A stretch of 64,000 bases of DNA from Zancudomyces culisetae HAW-14-8. Lineage: Eukaryota > Fungi > Kickxellomycota. The stretch's first letter is position 1. The number at the start of each line of letters is the position of its first letter. This document shows positions 13,775 to 25,486 of the stretch, piece by piece. Made by a program: the position numbers and the translations under genes. The stretch is from the NCBI GenBank assembly GCA_052426225.1, contig JBNJNM010000021.1:1-64000 (forward strand), in the 5' to 3' direction. Under the pieces are notes generated by a model. It was not told the origin of the DNA and searched no databases. It was given only the letters and a program-made list of their open reading frames with translations.

Positions 13775-13879
13775 TAAAAAACCGACAAATAAAGAGTTTA
13801 TTTATAAATTATTTTAACATGCAAAAATATGAATTAAATTTATGATCACAAAATGTCGGAAATATTATGATCAAAATTT

Positions 13880-14517
13880 CAAGTGAAAAATCATAATTGA
13901 AATAATACCATATAAAGAATTTATTAATATTAGAATGTATCAATCATCATAAAAGTAAAAATACGAGTATGAAAAATGCGACCAAATATGGATGAAGAAA
14001 TAAGTTAGCGATTAACCAAATTAAGCGTATAAGAAATAGGCATTTATTATAATTTAATAAATATTATATATATTGTTAAAATAACTCATGTTGTGTTTCT
14101 TTAGCTCTTTTAGTAGTTTAAAACGCAATAGTTCATGTGGTATTAAAGGCAATGAACAAGAAATATTTTGTTTAGACCAACTTTATTTAAAAGTCGTTAT
14201 ATAGTAATTTTAAAATAGTGCTTCGGCTAAAAGTTTAATTAGTAAATAGTAAATGGTAAAAGTTTAAAATTACAAAAATCTCAAGTCAGGTCTCATGCAG
14301 CAACTACGTGCAGCCATCATCCAACAGTTCAAGGATGAGGGTCGTTACTCTCCGGACAGCGACCGTTCCGGAGCCACCTCTATGGAGTTGGATCATACCG
14401 AGTCACATGATCCATTTGCTTTTGTTCAGTAGCATGCGCAGCTACAGTTCCTTAGCATGAGAAACCCGACCAAGGAACGTGACCCGCCCGGTTTTGTCCG
14501 ACAGAATACACACGACA
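13880..14517 (+). mobile_element. Dispersed repeat copy A (solo-LTR-like, carries a short SGL...DEGRYS.DSDRSGATSM coding remnant)
   Basis: Homologous to 22945-23220, 30431-31163 and 36300-37043; ends ...TACACACGACA; left boundary approximate. Confidence 0.65.
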
Positions 14518-14757
14518 GAAGCTACGTTACGAAATAACTATCCGCATAGTAAATTATACTCCCTCCTTTATTTCTTGCCCTGTATAAAATTTATCTTAGT
14601 CTAATTTAACTGCCTAAAAGGATTGAAATCCTAAAAGCTATAATTCTTGAAATTTTGTGATATGATTTTGGTTTTGAAGATACCTATTTCTTCCCCCTAT
14701 TAACGCGTAGAATATCTATACCATATTCTGTTGGTGTTCTAATTTTATGTTATTGTT

Positions 14758-16885
14758 CAACAGCCATCTTTTGTGGAATATTCTGTACATACTTTTGAAC
14801 TATAGTTGAAGCATATTTGATTCAGGCTTTGTGAAATACCAAATTCCTGCTTAAAATATGCAACAATTTAATGTGTATTTTTCTTAACAGGTTTATTGAA
14901 TATTACTGATATGCGTGTACTTTAGTATATTTAGTTAAGGTTTTTAATTTCGATTTACTTGAAAAAGAAGTATAGCGGTTTACAATTTTAGTATGGTCTA
15001 ATTCAAATATTTACAAAAAGTTTAGTTGCTATATACTACAATAAGCATTACTGAGGAACATTGAATTGGCATAAAAACACATCACATTTTAGCATTAAAG
15101 TTTCAAGCGTGTTATTGAGTGTAAATCAAATATTCAAATATTCAAACCAAAAAAAAGAATTGAAGATTATATGCAGATTAGTTCCATGACATTATTTTCA
15201 CTATTTTTCATAGCATAACTTTAATTTTTCTCATTCTATCATTATACACAGCTATTCTATTTATGCTACAACTATAGCCTGACTACATTTATTTTGAATG
15301 GATATCATGAATATGTATAATTTACGTTTAGCCTACTTCACTTAGCTACAATAAGCTTATAAATTTGGTTGATCAAAAAAACTAAAAATGAATGAATGGT
15401 AGCTTATAATGCAACTTTACTCAACTATTGTTCTAGTGTTTTTTGTATTGAATCTTTTGTTCTGGAGTGTGTGCTACTTTAGCTAAAGAGGATCTTATTA
15501 CTATTTTTATGAAACACCCTCAAATAGTTCAAATATGTACGGCAATGTTTTTTGCATAAATTGAGCTGCACAGCAATCTGTTAATCAATTCTCAAAGTTT
15601 GATCTCCACTAAGTGCTAACTAACTACATGTCATAAACGATTTGTTACTATTTTTTCAATCTGATAGCTCTTAAAACCTAACAGGTTAGTATATCATAAA
15701 ATACAATAAATATATTAGATTTGATAATCTAGTCATATGATATTCGTATAGCGACTTACACACTTGGAGTTATGCATCATATGCACTACTACCTTTTCAA
15801 CTAGTAATTTCTCAACATTTGCCAAAGGTTGATTGACTGTTTTAAAACGCAGTAGATCATAATTTATTGTTTTGACAAAATTAACAAAATAGCTTATAAC
15901 TTTACTTTTACAACACTCGTCTATACACATTATACTTTGATTTATACTCTAGACTTGTTCAAAACAAAAAAGTATATAAATCCAGCTGGTTTGGAGAATA
16001 TTTTAAAAATTAAGAAGAATAACAATTCAAATATCTACCAGATTATAATTATTAACTGACAAAATGAAGACCATTATAATCGGAACAGCAGCTTTGGGAC
16101 TAACCTTTGCAAACAGCATGGGTGACTTGTCTTTACGCCAACACAATAGATACCCAATTGGACCAAACAGACTTTGTTCTTGTCGAAATCGCAGCGCTAG
16201 AATGAAGGTCGAAGTGTTCAAAGAGAAAAATCTCCAAAGTCCAGGTGAAACCCTAAATATAAGACCAAACAGATGTGTCTCATTACCAAGTGCCCTATCA
16301 CTTCGATTTGACGATGGACAACCAGGGCGCGGATGGGCTGCACTATGCCACAGTAATGACTGTAGTGGAAAGTGTACAACTATAAGTAGAAAAGCCTGGC
16401 TTTACCCATATGATGTGGAAGCTGACAATGTTGGAGGACCTGCAAACTCTATGATTTGGTTCCTAGCATAGTTAGAGTCAGAATTCGACTATTTTTAACG
16501 TATGGATATTTGATTTAGAGATAGAAAATCTTTTAAATATTAGAACCGAAATCTATGAAATAAACACGTTTAGTGAAGTTCGTCAACATTAAATTATGAT
16601 GTTTGGAGCATATTTGAAAAGTGGTTTTACTAGAAATAAATTTCAAATCGGGTATGACCAGGCATTATTTAACAGCCAGTAGATTTTACAGTTTGAAAGA
16701 ATGTATATTCATAAAAGGTGTAAGGATTCTGTCTGACATCTTTTATCACACTGAATGTTTTAATATAGATTGATAAATATGTTCAGCATTTATCTTCTCA
16801 AACTTCTATAATAGTTTTCAGTGTTAATTAAAGAGGTAAAAATGTGACGCATAATTATCTCATATAAGTAAATACCCGTAATATG
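14758..16885 (+). repeat. Segmental duplication 1, copy a (direct repeat of 55228-57355)
   Basis: About 2.1 kb colinear and roughly 90% identical by eye, including the 16064 gene with its promoter and 3' flank. Confidence 0.93.
16064..16471 (+). CDS. Small secreted Cys-containing protein, beta/gamma-crystallin-like family member 1
   Basis: Signal peptide; TATA at ~15973; GWAALC-HSND-CSGKC...SMIW signature; 103/135 aa identical to 56533-56940. Confidence 0.88.
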   Translation: MKTIIIGTAALGLTFANSMGDLSLRQHNRYPIGPNRLCSCRNRSARMKVEVFKEKNLQSPGETLNIRPNRCVSLPSALSLRFDDGQPGRGWAALCHSNDCSGKCTTISRKAWLYPYDVEADNVGGPANSMIWFLA

Positions 16886-19721
16886 AATAATTTGAGATTT
16901 AAAAGCATTGTCTAACGGTGCGAGAATACATGTATCTCTTTCACCTAACATGTGATTTATTCCGTGCAATTTTGTGTTAGGCTATTTAATATATCAAGTT
17001 TAATATGTTTAGTTGGATGAAGTTTAAACAATTGTCATTGGGTAAATATTCAGAAACAATTATAGTATCATATTCCTGCGATACTTAGTTTTACAATGAT
17101 AAGAATGATACATATTCTGATGGCATCTATTCATGACTTTTTAAACTACTATTTTATTTGGCATATTTTAATTATCTATTTATAAAGTGTTTTTTGTTTA
17201 CCAAATGTAGAGTCACTTACTTTATTCTCTTTTTATTGATTTTAAAAATAGTTATATCCTTTGATACATTCATAAATGATACAGTTATTTTGTATAATTG
17301 GTAATGTTTAAAGTGTAGTTATTCTAAAATATGGTTTTAAATTATGGATGATTCATATTAGCTTTAATTCAAAATGTTACAAGGACAAAAACAAATACCT
17401 GTTTATAAAAAAATGTTTAGAAAAAGTGTTGTATGCTTGAAAGTTTTGAAAAACGCTAAAGGCTTATTACATCAACTTTGTAGCTTGGGTGTATGAGAAT
17501 AAAAATATATTTTCAACTATTTATTAATGTTATTCTTGACTTGTTAAAAAGTTATTAGCACAATCTGGACTATTATCAACTTATCAAAGTATATTATCAT
17601 GAATTTAAAAGCTAAACAAAATATCAAATTATAGTTGTCCTTGACTTGTAAAGCATTAAATAAAACAAAAAGAATATTACCCAATAAAGATAGCAAAAAT
17701 CCCGTTTAATAAGAAAAAAATGTCAACTTCCGTTCATGAAGCCAAAAAAAATGTGAGAATTTTTAGGGCAAGTCTCGGACATGTTATATTTACAAATCTT
17801 TTCAGTCCAACTTCATGATCTCCGAAACTCTAAAATCTCAACACCCATACACTTTTACTATACATTTCTATCAAAAAAAAATTAAATGCGACCTTTTTAT
17901 GAACAAATAGTGCGAGAGTGTGAGATCATACATTTCAATAAATAACCTCCAAACCAATAGCTGTAATATCGTAAATATTGTGATTGATCTAGATGATTAC
18001 TACCTCACATTATTTCTAAATAAAAGTTAACATTCAATTATATTCTTTAGGCTCTAGTAAATTATCAAGTTCAGGTTTGCTAAGTTTATGGGCTCAATTT
18101 TAATAAATTAATGACTTTAGCTAGAACTAAAATAAAATCCCTGTCAGTGCGATAAATTAACTTTTTTTTGATCTAGTTCTTAATAAGTATATTTGATTGT
18201 AACTTTTAATAAACATAAATGACGTTTATAAAAGATCTAGAATGATAAATAAAAGAAAATGTACATAGTTTAATAATTATTTATTAGTAAAATAAAACTG
18301 GAATACTCATGTTAAAAGTAAATATCAGAGAGAAGGTCAACTAAACTCAACTATCCACAAGCGAGCTGTATATTGTAGAAAATATGTATTTAAAATTCCA
18401 TCTAACAAAAATATAAAAATGTCAAAAATACCGTGATTTAGTTTAGTATCATTTCGTTGCACTCACAGATAGCTAACAAGCAAGAAGCAGTAATAAAATA
18501 TAGTAGTGTTATATGTCATAATAAAACTTCAGGCACAGGAATATAAATTAAAAAACTTAGAAGTACTGGCAGCCAAGATCTAACAGTAATTCGTTGTGTT
18601 TTTTCTAGTTAGCTAGTCACGCAGTTGTAGGAACCCGGTTATATAAGGCAAAAATCATGCGGAATAAAGAGCCAGACAACAGCACAGGATGGTTATAATC
18701 AAATTGTTGTGCCTTATTGCACTCTTTTCAGTTTCCGCTCAATCCCAAGATAGTGATCTAGCCAAATTAAAATCTTTAAAAAACTTTTTTCACATAATGG
18801 TAGTGTACTAAAAATAATAATTAAAATAATATAAAAATGAAAGATTAAACTAACCTCCACACGGCCAACTTAGCCAAATACAAGGTATGTAAAAAAAAAG
18901 GTGAACTAGCCCCCAAAAACGTCTACCTTTTAAACTATAATGCAGGATTTGTAGATCTCAAATGTTGTCGTCGTAAAGTATGCAGACCTTACTGCCACCG
19001 TCATCGCAATCGAAAGTGTAGGCACTAGTGTAGGCAAAAGTATAGGCAAATATTTTGGCCCCTCCAAAAATGTAGGCCATGACCACCACCACTATCATTG
19101 TTTTAGAATATACATGTATCTTAACAATATGTATATTAAATACAATAATATTAATTTTATTAATGATATACTTGTGTTTCATATATTATTGTATTACAAG
19201 TTTATATTATTTAATTAATAATAAGTATTAGTATATAACATTAATAATGATACTCAAAATCAATAATGAACGTATCAACATTAATATTTTTTAAATTAAA
19301 TAATATGTTTTTTAGTTTAAATTATATATTAATAATTATTTCAAACTTAATTGAATAAAATGAGATAATATACCTTTACATGTAAAATTTGTTTGTATAT
19401 CACGTTTAACGACAATAAAGTTAATAAAAATATTATTTCATGTATTACTGCGAGTTTTATACTAATTATTAATAATAGCTTTTATAAATTAACTGTGTGT
19501 TAATTTGTTAATACTAACTTTACTTGGTATAATTTCGGTAATAAAACAGAGTCACAGCTCCAAGAGCCACAGTTGGTCCAGGAGCAGAGGCAGCCCCGTT
19601 TCAATGCTCCTAAGAATAATTTTCGGGGTGGCAGCAGCATCAGACCCCGAAAGTAGGGGGTTGACTATAGCTCTTCCAGGAGGCATGGAAGAAGCTTACC
19701 GATCACCAGTGGGTACTCCAG

Positions 19722-21536
19722 GTGATCAAGGAAGGGTTTCGAATCCCCTTCAATGCGCATCCTCCCACGGTCAAGCAGCCAAAGCCGTGCGTGAAGGACT
19801 TAATGAAACTTCCGGAAAAGCTCGTCGAGCAGGAGATTACAAGTCTCCTCTCCAAAAAAGCTATAGAGGAAGTTTCAGCAGCGCAGCCAGGATTCTTCTC
19901 AAGGACATTCACCGTCCCAAAGAAGAATGGAGGAACACGGATGGTTCTCAACCTGAGACCTTTAAACCAGTACATCCCCGAGCAGCATTTCAAGATGGAA
20001 TCACTGAACACTATCTCGCGAATGTTGCGAAAGGGTGACTGGATGACAAGCATCGATCTCAGCGATGCTTTCTTGCACGTGCTCATCAACAAGGCGTCAA
20101 GAAAATATCTCAGGTTCACGTGGGGCCATCGCGTCTACCAGTACAGGGTACTGCCATTTGATCTGTCCTTAAGCCCGCTAGTATTCACCAAAATATTAAA
20201 GCCAGTTCTCAAGTGGGCCAGAGCTCGAGGGATCCGAATCTCGAGCTACTTGGACGATTTGCTGGTCTTGGGATCAACCAGAAGCGAGTGTAGCAAGTAC
20301 ACTACGATGGTTGCAAACAAGCTAGCCAAATTAGGGTTCATTTTAAACAACGAGAAGTCGTCAATGAACCCCAAGCAGTCTATCAGCCATTTGGGTATGG
20401 ACATCAACACCCGCCAAATGAGCTTCAGGATTCCCAAGCAGAAACTCAGGGATCTTACGCGAGAGGCATCCAAACTGATCAGGAATGGGAAGACGACGCT
20501 GAGATGCTTATCGTCTTTCATTTGCAAGACACAGGTAGTGAACATCGCTCTCCGTCCAGGCAGACTCATGAGCAGGAGGCTTTTGGAGCTCAAGAATGCT
20601 ACCCTGCGGACCACGCGGGATTGTAGCACAGAAGTATCTTTGGATCAGCCAGCTCTAGACAACCTGATCTGGTGGAGAGATCATCTGAAGGAATGGAACG
20701 GCCTGAGCTTCCTCCCAGAGATTCCGGAAGTGGAAGTCTACACAGACGCGAGCGACTTCCATTGGGGGATAGTTATTGGTCAGAGCCAGTACTCAGGAAT
20801 ATGGACCAAAGCACAGTCCAAGCTCCCGATCAACGCCAAGGAGCTACTAGCCATATACAAGGCTATCAAGATGCCCCAGGTAAAGGGCAGGAGTGTGGTT
20901 GTATACTGCGACAACAACACCTCCATCAGCTATGTCAAGAAACAGGGAGGGACCAGATCACCCAACCTGCTCGACATATCGGAACTGATGTGGAAACACT
21001 GCATCAGCAACGGGACCAGGGTACAGGTCCAGTACGTACCATCCATTATGAATCCGGCAGACGTCTCATCCCGGCTTACTTTGCAGACCGAATGGTCGAT
21101 ATCGGAAAGAGTGTTTCAAAGGATTCAAAAATACTTTGGTCCTCACGATATCGACATGTTTGCGAGCAGCACCAATCACAAACTGAACACATTTGTGAGT
21201 TGGAAATACTGCCGCCAAGCAGTCAGAATCAACGACTTCAACCACAGCTGGACAGCGTGGAAGAATCCATACATGTACCCATCGTGGAATCTGATCCAGC
21301 GTACCATCCAGAAGATCCGTCAGGAGAGAATCACAGCGACTCTGATCACGCCGTTCTGGAGATCAGCTCCGTGGTATCCGGACCTGAAGAGCCTGTCAAT
21401 TGCACCGCCAATCAAGATTCATCCGTCAGCAGTTATCCCAGACCCGAGAAGCGGAAAAGCAGCGACAATGCGCAACAAGACATGGTCACTTACGGCTTGG
21501 CGGTTAAGCGCGCAAGGTATCAGGAAGCAGGATTAG
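19722..21536 (+). CDS. DIRS RT / RNase H / N6-adenine methyltransferase-like ORF (N-terminus disrupted)
   Basis: SIDLSDAFLHV, YLDD, YTDAS, INAKEL, CDN, DIDMFAS, YPSW. The upstream in-frame VGG*L*LFQEAW...WVL contains two premature stops. Confidence 0.9.
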   Translation: MIKEGFRIPFNAHPPTVKQPKPCVKDLMKLPEKLVEQEITSLLSKKAIEEVSAAQPGFFSRTFTVPKKNGGTRMVLNLRPLNQYIPEQHFKMESLNTISRMLRKGDWMTSIDLSDAFLHVLINKASRKYLRFTWGHRVYQYRVLPFDLSLSPLVFTKILKPVLKWARARGIRISSYLDDLLVLGSTRSECSKYTTMVANKLAKLGFILNNEKSSMNPKQSISHLGMDINTRQMSFRIPKQKLRDLTREASKLIRNGKTTLRCLSSFICKTQVVNIALRPGRLMSRRLLELKNATLRTTRDCSTEVSLDQPALDNLIWWRDHLKEWNGLSFLPEIPEVEVYTDASDFHWGIVIGQSQYSGIWTKAQSKLPINAKELLAIYKAIKMPQVKGRSVVVYCDNNTSISYVKKQGGTRSPNLLDISELMWKHCISNGTRVQVQYVPSIMNPADVSSRLTLQTEWSISERVFQRIQKYFGPHDIDMFASSTNHKLNTFVSWKYCRQAVRINDFNHSWTAWKNPYMYPSWNLIQRTIQKIRQERITATLITPFWRSAPWYPDLKSLSIAPPIKIHPSAVIPDPRSGKAATMRNKTWSLTAWRLSAQGIRKQD

Positions 21537-22480
21537 ATTACCAGGTCATCAATTTGATGCTCAACAACACTCGAGTTAAGACCAAGCAGAAGAAATATCT
21601 GAGCCCGAAGACCAAGTTCCTACAGTGGCTTTCTACATCTTCAATCTCCATAGAAAACGTAACAGTCGTTGACGTTATCAACTATCTGGAGCAGCAGCGG
21701 AAGGCGCTAAACTGGAGACTCGGAACAGTCAAGAACTACAAGTCCGCCATTCTTGACATAACCAGTGATTGGGCTTCTTTCAGTGACGATCCACTAATGA
21801 AAGAGTATCTCAAACAACTATCTTCATCAAACGTCAGATTCTTTGACATATCGCTTTATGACATCAGTCCAATCATTGACCACATCTGGAAACTTGGGCC
21901 TAACTCCAGAATGTCAAAGTATGACTTGAAAGCAAAACTATGCTGGCTCATAGCCATCTGTGGCTTTCTCAGGCCAAGCGACATTGAGAGGATTGACGAC
22001 AGCAAGACGTCAGTGACAAGAGAATACATCAAGTTTATTATTGTTGGACCAAAGGAGAAACGCAATGGAACTCCAATTGAAAAAGTTTCTATAATCCATG
22101 CACACTCTGACAAAAAATTATGTCCGGTTGAAACTTATCAGGTTTACAAAAAGCGGATTGCGGTTACACCTTGCGTAAAACCACATCCTTTGCTCGACGG
22201 AAACTCAATATCCTATCTCATCAGGAGTCTCAAGGACCACAGTACTAACATTGGAGCACAGCGTATTAGCAAGCACATTAACAAACTTATGTCGCTTATA
22301 CCATTACCGCCAAACGCTAAAGTACCAAAGGCAAGAGCACTTGGATCAAATCGTGCTACTTCATCAGGTGCAACATACGATGATGTTATTACCCAAGGAT
22401 TTTGGGCAAGCAGAGGAATATTTGATACATACTATCAGTTATCACGTAGAACAAGAGAAAATTTGACATTTACGTATTAA
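20672..22480 (+). CDS. DIRS tyrosine recombinase (true start uncertain; YR homology mainly from ~21500)
   Basis: LRPSD (catalytic Arg), PKEK, LCPV, KAR, GFWAS and FDTYY (catalytic Tyr); overlaps the RT ORF as is usual for DIRS. Confidence 0.85.
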   Translation: MERSSEGMERPELPPRDSGSGSLHRRERLPLGDSYWSEPVLRNMDQSTVQAPDQRQGATSHIQGYQDAPGKGQECGCILRQQHLHQLCQETGRDQITQPARHIGTDVETLHQQRDQGTGPVRTIHYESGRRLIPAYFADRMVDIGKSVSKDSKILWSSRYRHVCEQHQSQTEHICELEILPPSSQNQRLQPQLDSVEESIHVPIVESDPAYHPEDPSGENHSDSDHAVLEISSVVSGPEEPVNCTANQDSSVSSYPRPEKRKSSDNAQQDMVTYGLAVKRARYQEAGLDYQVINLMLNNTRVKTKQKKYLSPKTKFLQWLSTSSISIENVTVVDVINYLEQQRKALNWRLGTVKNYKSAILDITSDWASFSDDPLMKEYLKQLSSSNVRFFDISLYDISPIIDHIWKLGPNSRMSKYDLKAKLCWLIAICGFLRPSDIERIDDSKTSVTREYIKFIIVGPKEKRNGTPIEKVSIIHAHSDKKLCPVETYQVYKKRIAVTPCVKPHPLLDGNSISYLIRSLKDHSTNIGAQRISKHINKLMSLIPLPPNAKVPKARALGSNRATSSGATYDDVITQGFWASRGIFDTYYQLSRRTRENLTFTY

Positions 22481-22944
22481 ACTCTGAAGCATTATAAATT
22501 TATCTGGTCAATGTAGCAAATTATTATGTTTAGTTGAATGAAATGAAAACTTATTATTATTATGCGAATGCCAGATACATTTATGTCTCACCCAGCCCCG
22601 CCCTAACCTAGCTCAACCGATGGTAAGGAACTCAAGAAAACTGGAAAACAGACGGTTTATATACTTTATTTTCATTTTGTTGTTGTTTTAAGATAATTTT
22701 ACATATTTTTAACCCAAATGTTATGAGAAATTTTATTACTGAATTCAAACTCTTTAGAATATTCTTGATTTCATAATTTCAGATTACGAAATTTCGAACA
22801 TATTGGCACATTTGAAAAAAATTTTGGGGTTTAAGTATTTAGTATCTAGGAAAGAATTCGAAATTAAATATAGATTTATAACACGTAATGGTATCTGACA
22901 TTTGCATAATAATAATAAGTTTTCATTATATTCAACTAAATATA

Positions 22945-23220
22945 TTAAGATTATTTTAAAGTATTAGATTAAAATTAATAAAATCTAAATGTCAGGTCTC
23001 ATAAAGCAAATCAGGACAGCCATAATCCAGCAGTTCCGAGATGATGGTCGCTACTCATCAGATAGCGACCGACCATTGAGTGTCTTCTATGGAAATTGAA
23101 TCGATCTTCTCACTTGACCCGTTTCATGATTTGGAAGATATAATCAATCAATAGCTTGTAACCATGTGAAACCCGACAAACGAACGTGATCCACCCGGTC
23201 ACGTCCGACATAATCTATAC
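22945..23220 (+). mobile_element. Dispersed repeat copy B (3' part only), abutting the DIRS right end
   Basis: ATG at 22989 reads MSGLIKQIRTAIIQQFRDDGRYSSDSDR; aligns to 14286-14510. Confidence 0.7.
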
Positions 23221-25063
23221 ATTTTATAAAGTACTGATGAGATTTTAGTTGCGAAAATTCTAACATTTAATAATGAATTCGTGGTAAAGAATTGCTCAAG
23301 AAAAGATTATGAAGTTATATAAAGAGTAGGTAGGATTTAATTTTAACCGTGCATTTTCATGTCAATTTATTATTCTTTATTCAACTAAACATACTAATTA
23401 AGTTTAAAATTAAATTCATTTATAAATGGGAAATATGGTATTAATGGTTTTCACAAACCATTCTACAATTATGATTATTAAAATACCATGTAGCTGTAAA
23501 TCTAATAGGTAGTCTTTTCACAACTTGAATGAAATAGTCACATGATATATTTTATAGAATCTACAACATCTTTCAACAAATGAATACGTTGCAAGCTTAA
23601 CCAATTGTATAATACTTTAATCCGAAGATTACTAGAATTATATTTATTATTTTTGATATGTTGAAGTCAATTAACAATTGCGAAATTCGTAATTCAGAGC
23701 AAAACACCTGAATAAGGCCCAAATTATAAACTTAACTGCCTGTATGAGAAAACTCTACAATTTAAAGCTTTTTACCATTTATAGCTACATATAATAAAAG
23801 GTTATCTTTTTCCTATCACTTAATTTTCTGGATAGTAGGTAAAAAGGTTCAAAGAATTTAGATGGAGTGGTTTACATTTAATTTAAAAGAACGAAAGCAC
23901 TTTTTAATACTTTTTGAAAGTTAAGTATAACTGAACAGCAAGAATAGTTTGATTTACTAAACAGATGAAAAAAGTGTTATTTATTATAAATAAGAAAATA
24001 ATATATTAATAATATTAATGTCTCGACTTTTGAGAAATTATTGAATTTATTTCATAATATGAATGTTAATAGTTGGAATATTTTAAAATATTGAAAAATA
24101 ATACAAGGCCTATTTCATTATCTACTTATGAGAGAACAAAGTCGAGTTTAGCCTAAATAGACGATGCATACATTAATAACAAAATATTAAACATATTGGA
24201 TTTCTCATCAGTTGTAATTTGTAAGTTAATTTTATTGATACTCTTATTTGACAGTTATGCATTTGAGTTTGTTCTATAAAATTAATAAAATTTTTAGAAA
24301 AGTTAATTTGTTGCATCTGAACATTATAATAGTACACAATATTGTTAATTATAAACTATAGTTGTTTTACTCGAGTATATCTTAGTAGCCAATAGCCTCC
24401 AAGTAGGGCATAAAACATTTCTACTAGATTAAAACAGCAACCAAAAATAAAACATCTATAGAGTCTGATCTAAACTACTTTAGGTTTCTCAATAGACTGC
24501 AACTATGGAAATTAGTACTACAATCAACAGATTAAAGAAGCTAAGATGAGATGATTTTATCGGGGTTTTTATTTGTATAACTTTTTATTTTAGTGATATT
24601 TACTTTACGATTCAAATCAGTTACACTGTTTTTCCTCGATTAATGAATACATTTTAATAACAATTTTTGATAGTCCATATGTGTTCGATATACTTTAGAT
24701 ACAATAGCATATTTACATTAAGAAAATTAATAGACTAATTGATTTCATATACAAAGTTAAATTACATTTTAGGTACTTCACTACCAAAAATCTAGAGTTA
24801 AGCGGTCTCCATAGATATATTAAGTTGTTTTATAATTTGTCTATAATATCACTAAAAATACAATATATACTTCAAAGATCTTCAAATCAGCTTTAATTTA
24901 ATATAAAAACAAATTCTGAGAATATATTTTTGTAAAGTTTTTTTATGCTATGCTATGAAATAGTAGCTAAATTAAATGTGAATGATATAATGAAAATAAG
25001 AGTAACTATGCAAATTTAAATGCGTTCTTGACGGCTCGTGAAGTAATGCACTTTCATCACTTA

Positions 25064-25486
25064 TCAAATTGTCCAATAAACTGAATTTGCAAGCCCTCCA
25101 ATATCTTTCTGCATATCTCCGGGGGTATACCAGATTTGTCTTGGCAGGGCCCGGCAGTAACCATCGCAGTTTGTTCCAGTGCAGAACATTATTGTTCCTT
25201 CACCAGGCGTACCACCATTAAGCAAGCAGGAACCAGTAGTTGGCATGACATAGCAACGATTTGGATTAATTATTTTTGTACCAATATAATTTCCCATTAA
25301 TCTTTGTGCAAACATTCCAATATTTAAAAACTTGTCAGGGTATTGCTTTTTATTGTCTCCATAGCAGATTTTGCGATCTTCATCATCTTGTCTTTTAGAA
25401 ATTGTCGTCTGGGTATCTGGAATGCTAGCACCAGCTACAAGCTTTGAGGCAATCAAAATTGCGGTTGTCAACAAAATATTTACCAT
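25064..25486 (-). CDS. Small secreted beta/gamma-crystallin-like family member 2
   Basis: Signal peptide; KR (Kex2-like) site; PNRCY; GTIMFC-TGTN-CDGYC...SVYW. Confidence 0.9.
   Translation of the reverse strand: MVNILLTTAILIASKLVAGASIPDTQTTISKRQDDEDRKICYGDNKKQYPDKFLNIGMFAQRLMGNYIGTKIINPNRCYVMPTTGSCLLNGGTPGEGTIMFCTGTNCDGYCRALPRQIWYTPGDMQKDIGGLANSVYWTI

Larger units (their letters stand above)
19548..22940 (+). mobile_element. DIRS1-type tyrosine-recombinase retrotransposon, 5'-truncated
   Basis: GC-rich block with a gag tail, an RT-RNaseH-methyltransferase ORF and an overlapping YR ORF; 3' inverted pair 22529-22586 / 22883-22940, resembling the internal complementary region and terminal repeat. 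Confidence 0.92.

Noticed and set aside
19505-20629. Overlapping ORFs 19505-20038, 19703-20119 and 20246-20629
   Set aside because: Alternative or antisense frames of the GC-rich DIRS RT with no motifs of their own.
2366-22480. Repeat-induced point mutation as the cause of TE decay
   Set aside because: A few C-to-T nonsense changes exist, but indels and transversions are common and the gene duplications remain intact; a RIP index calculation would be needed.
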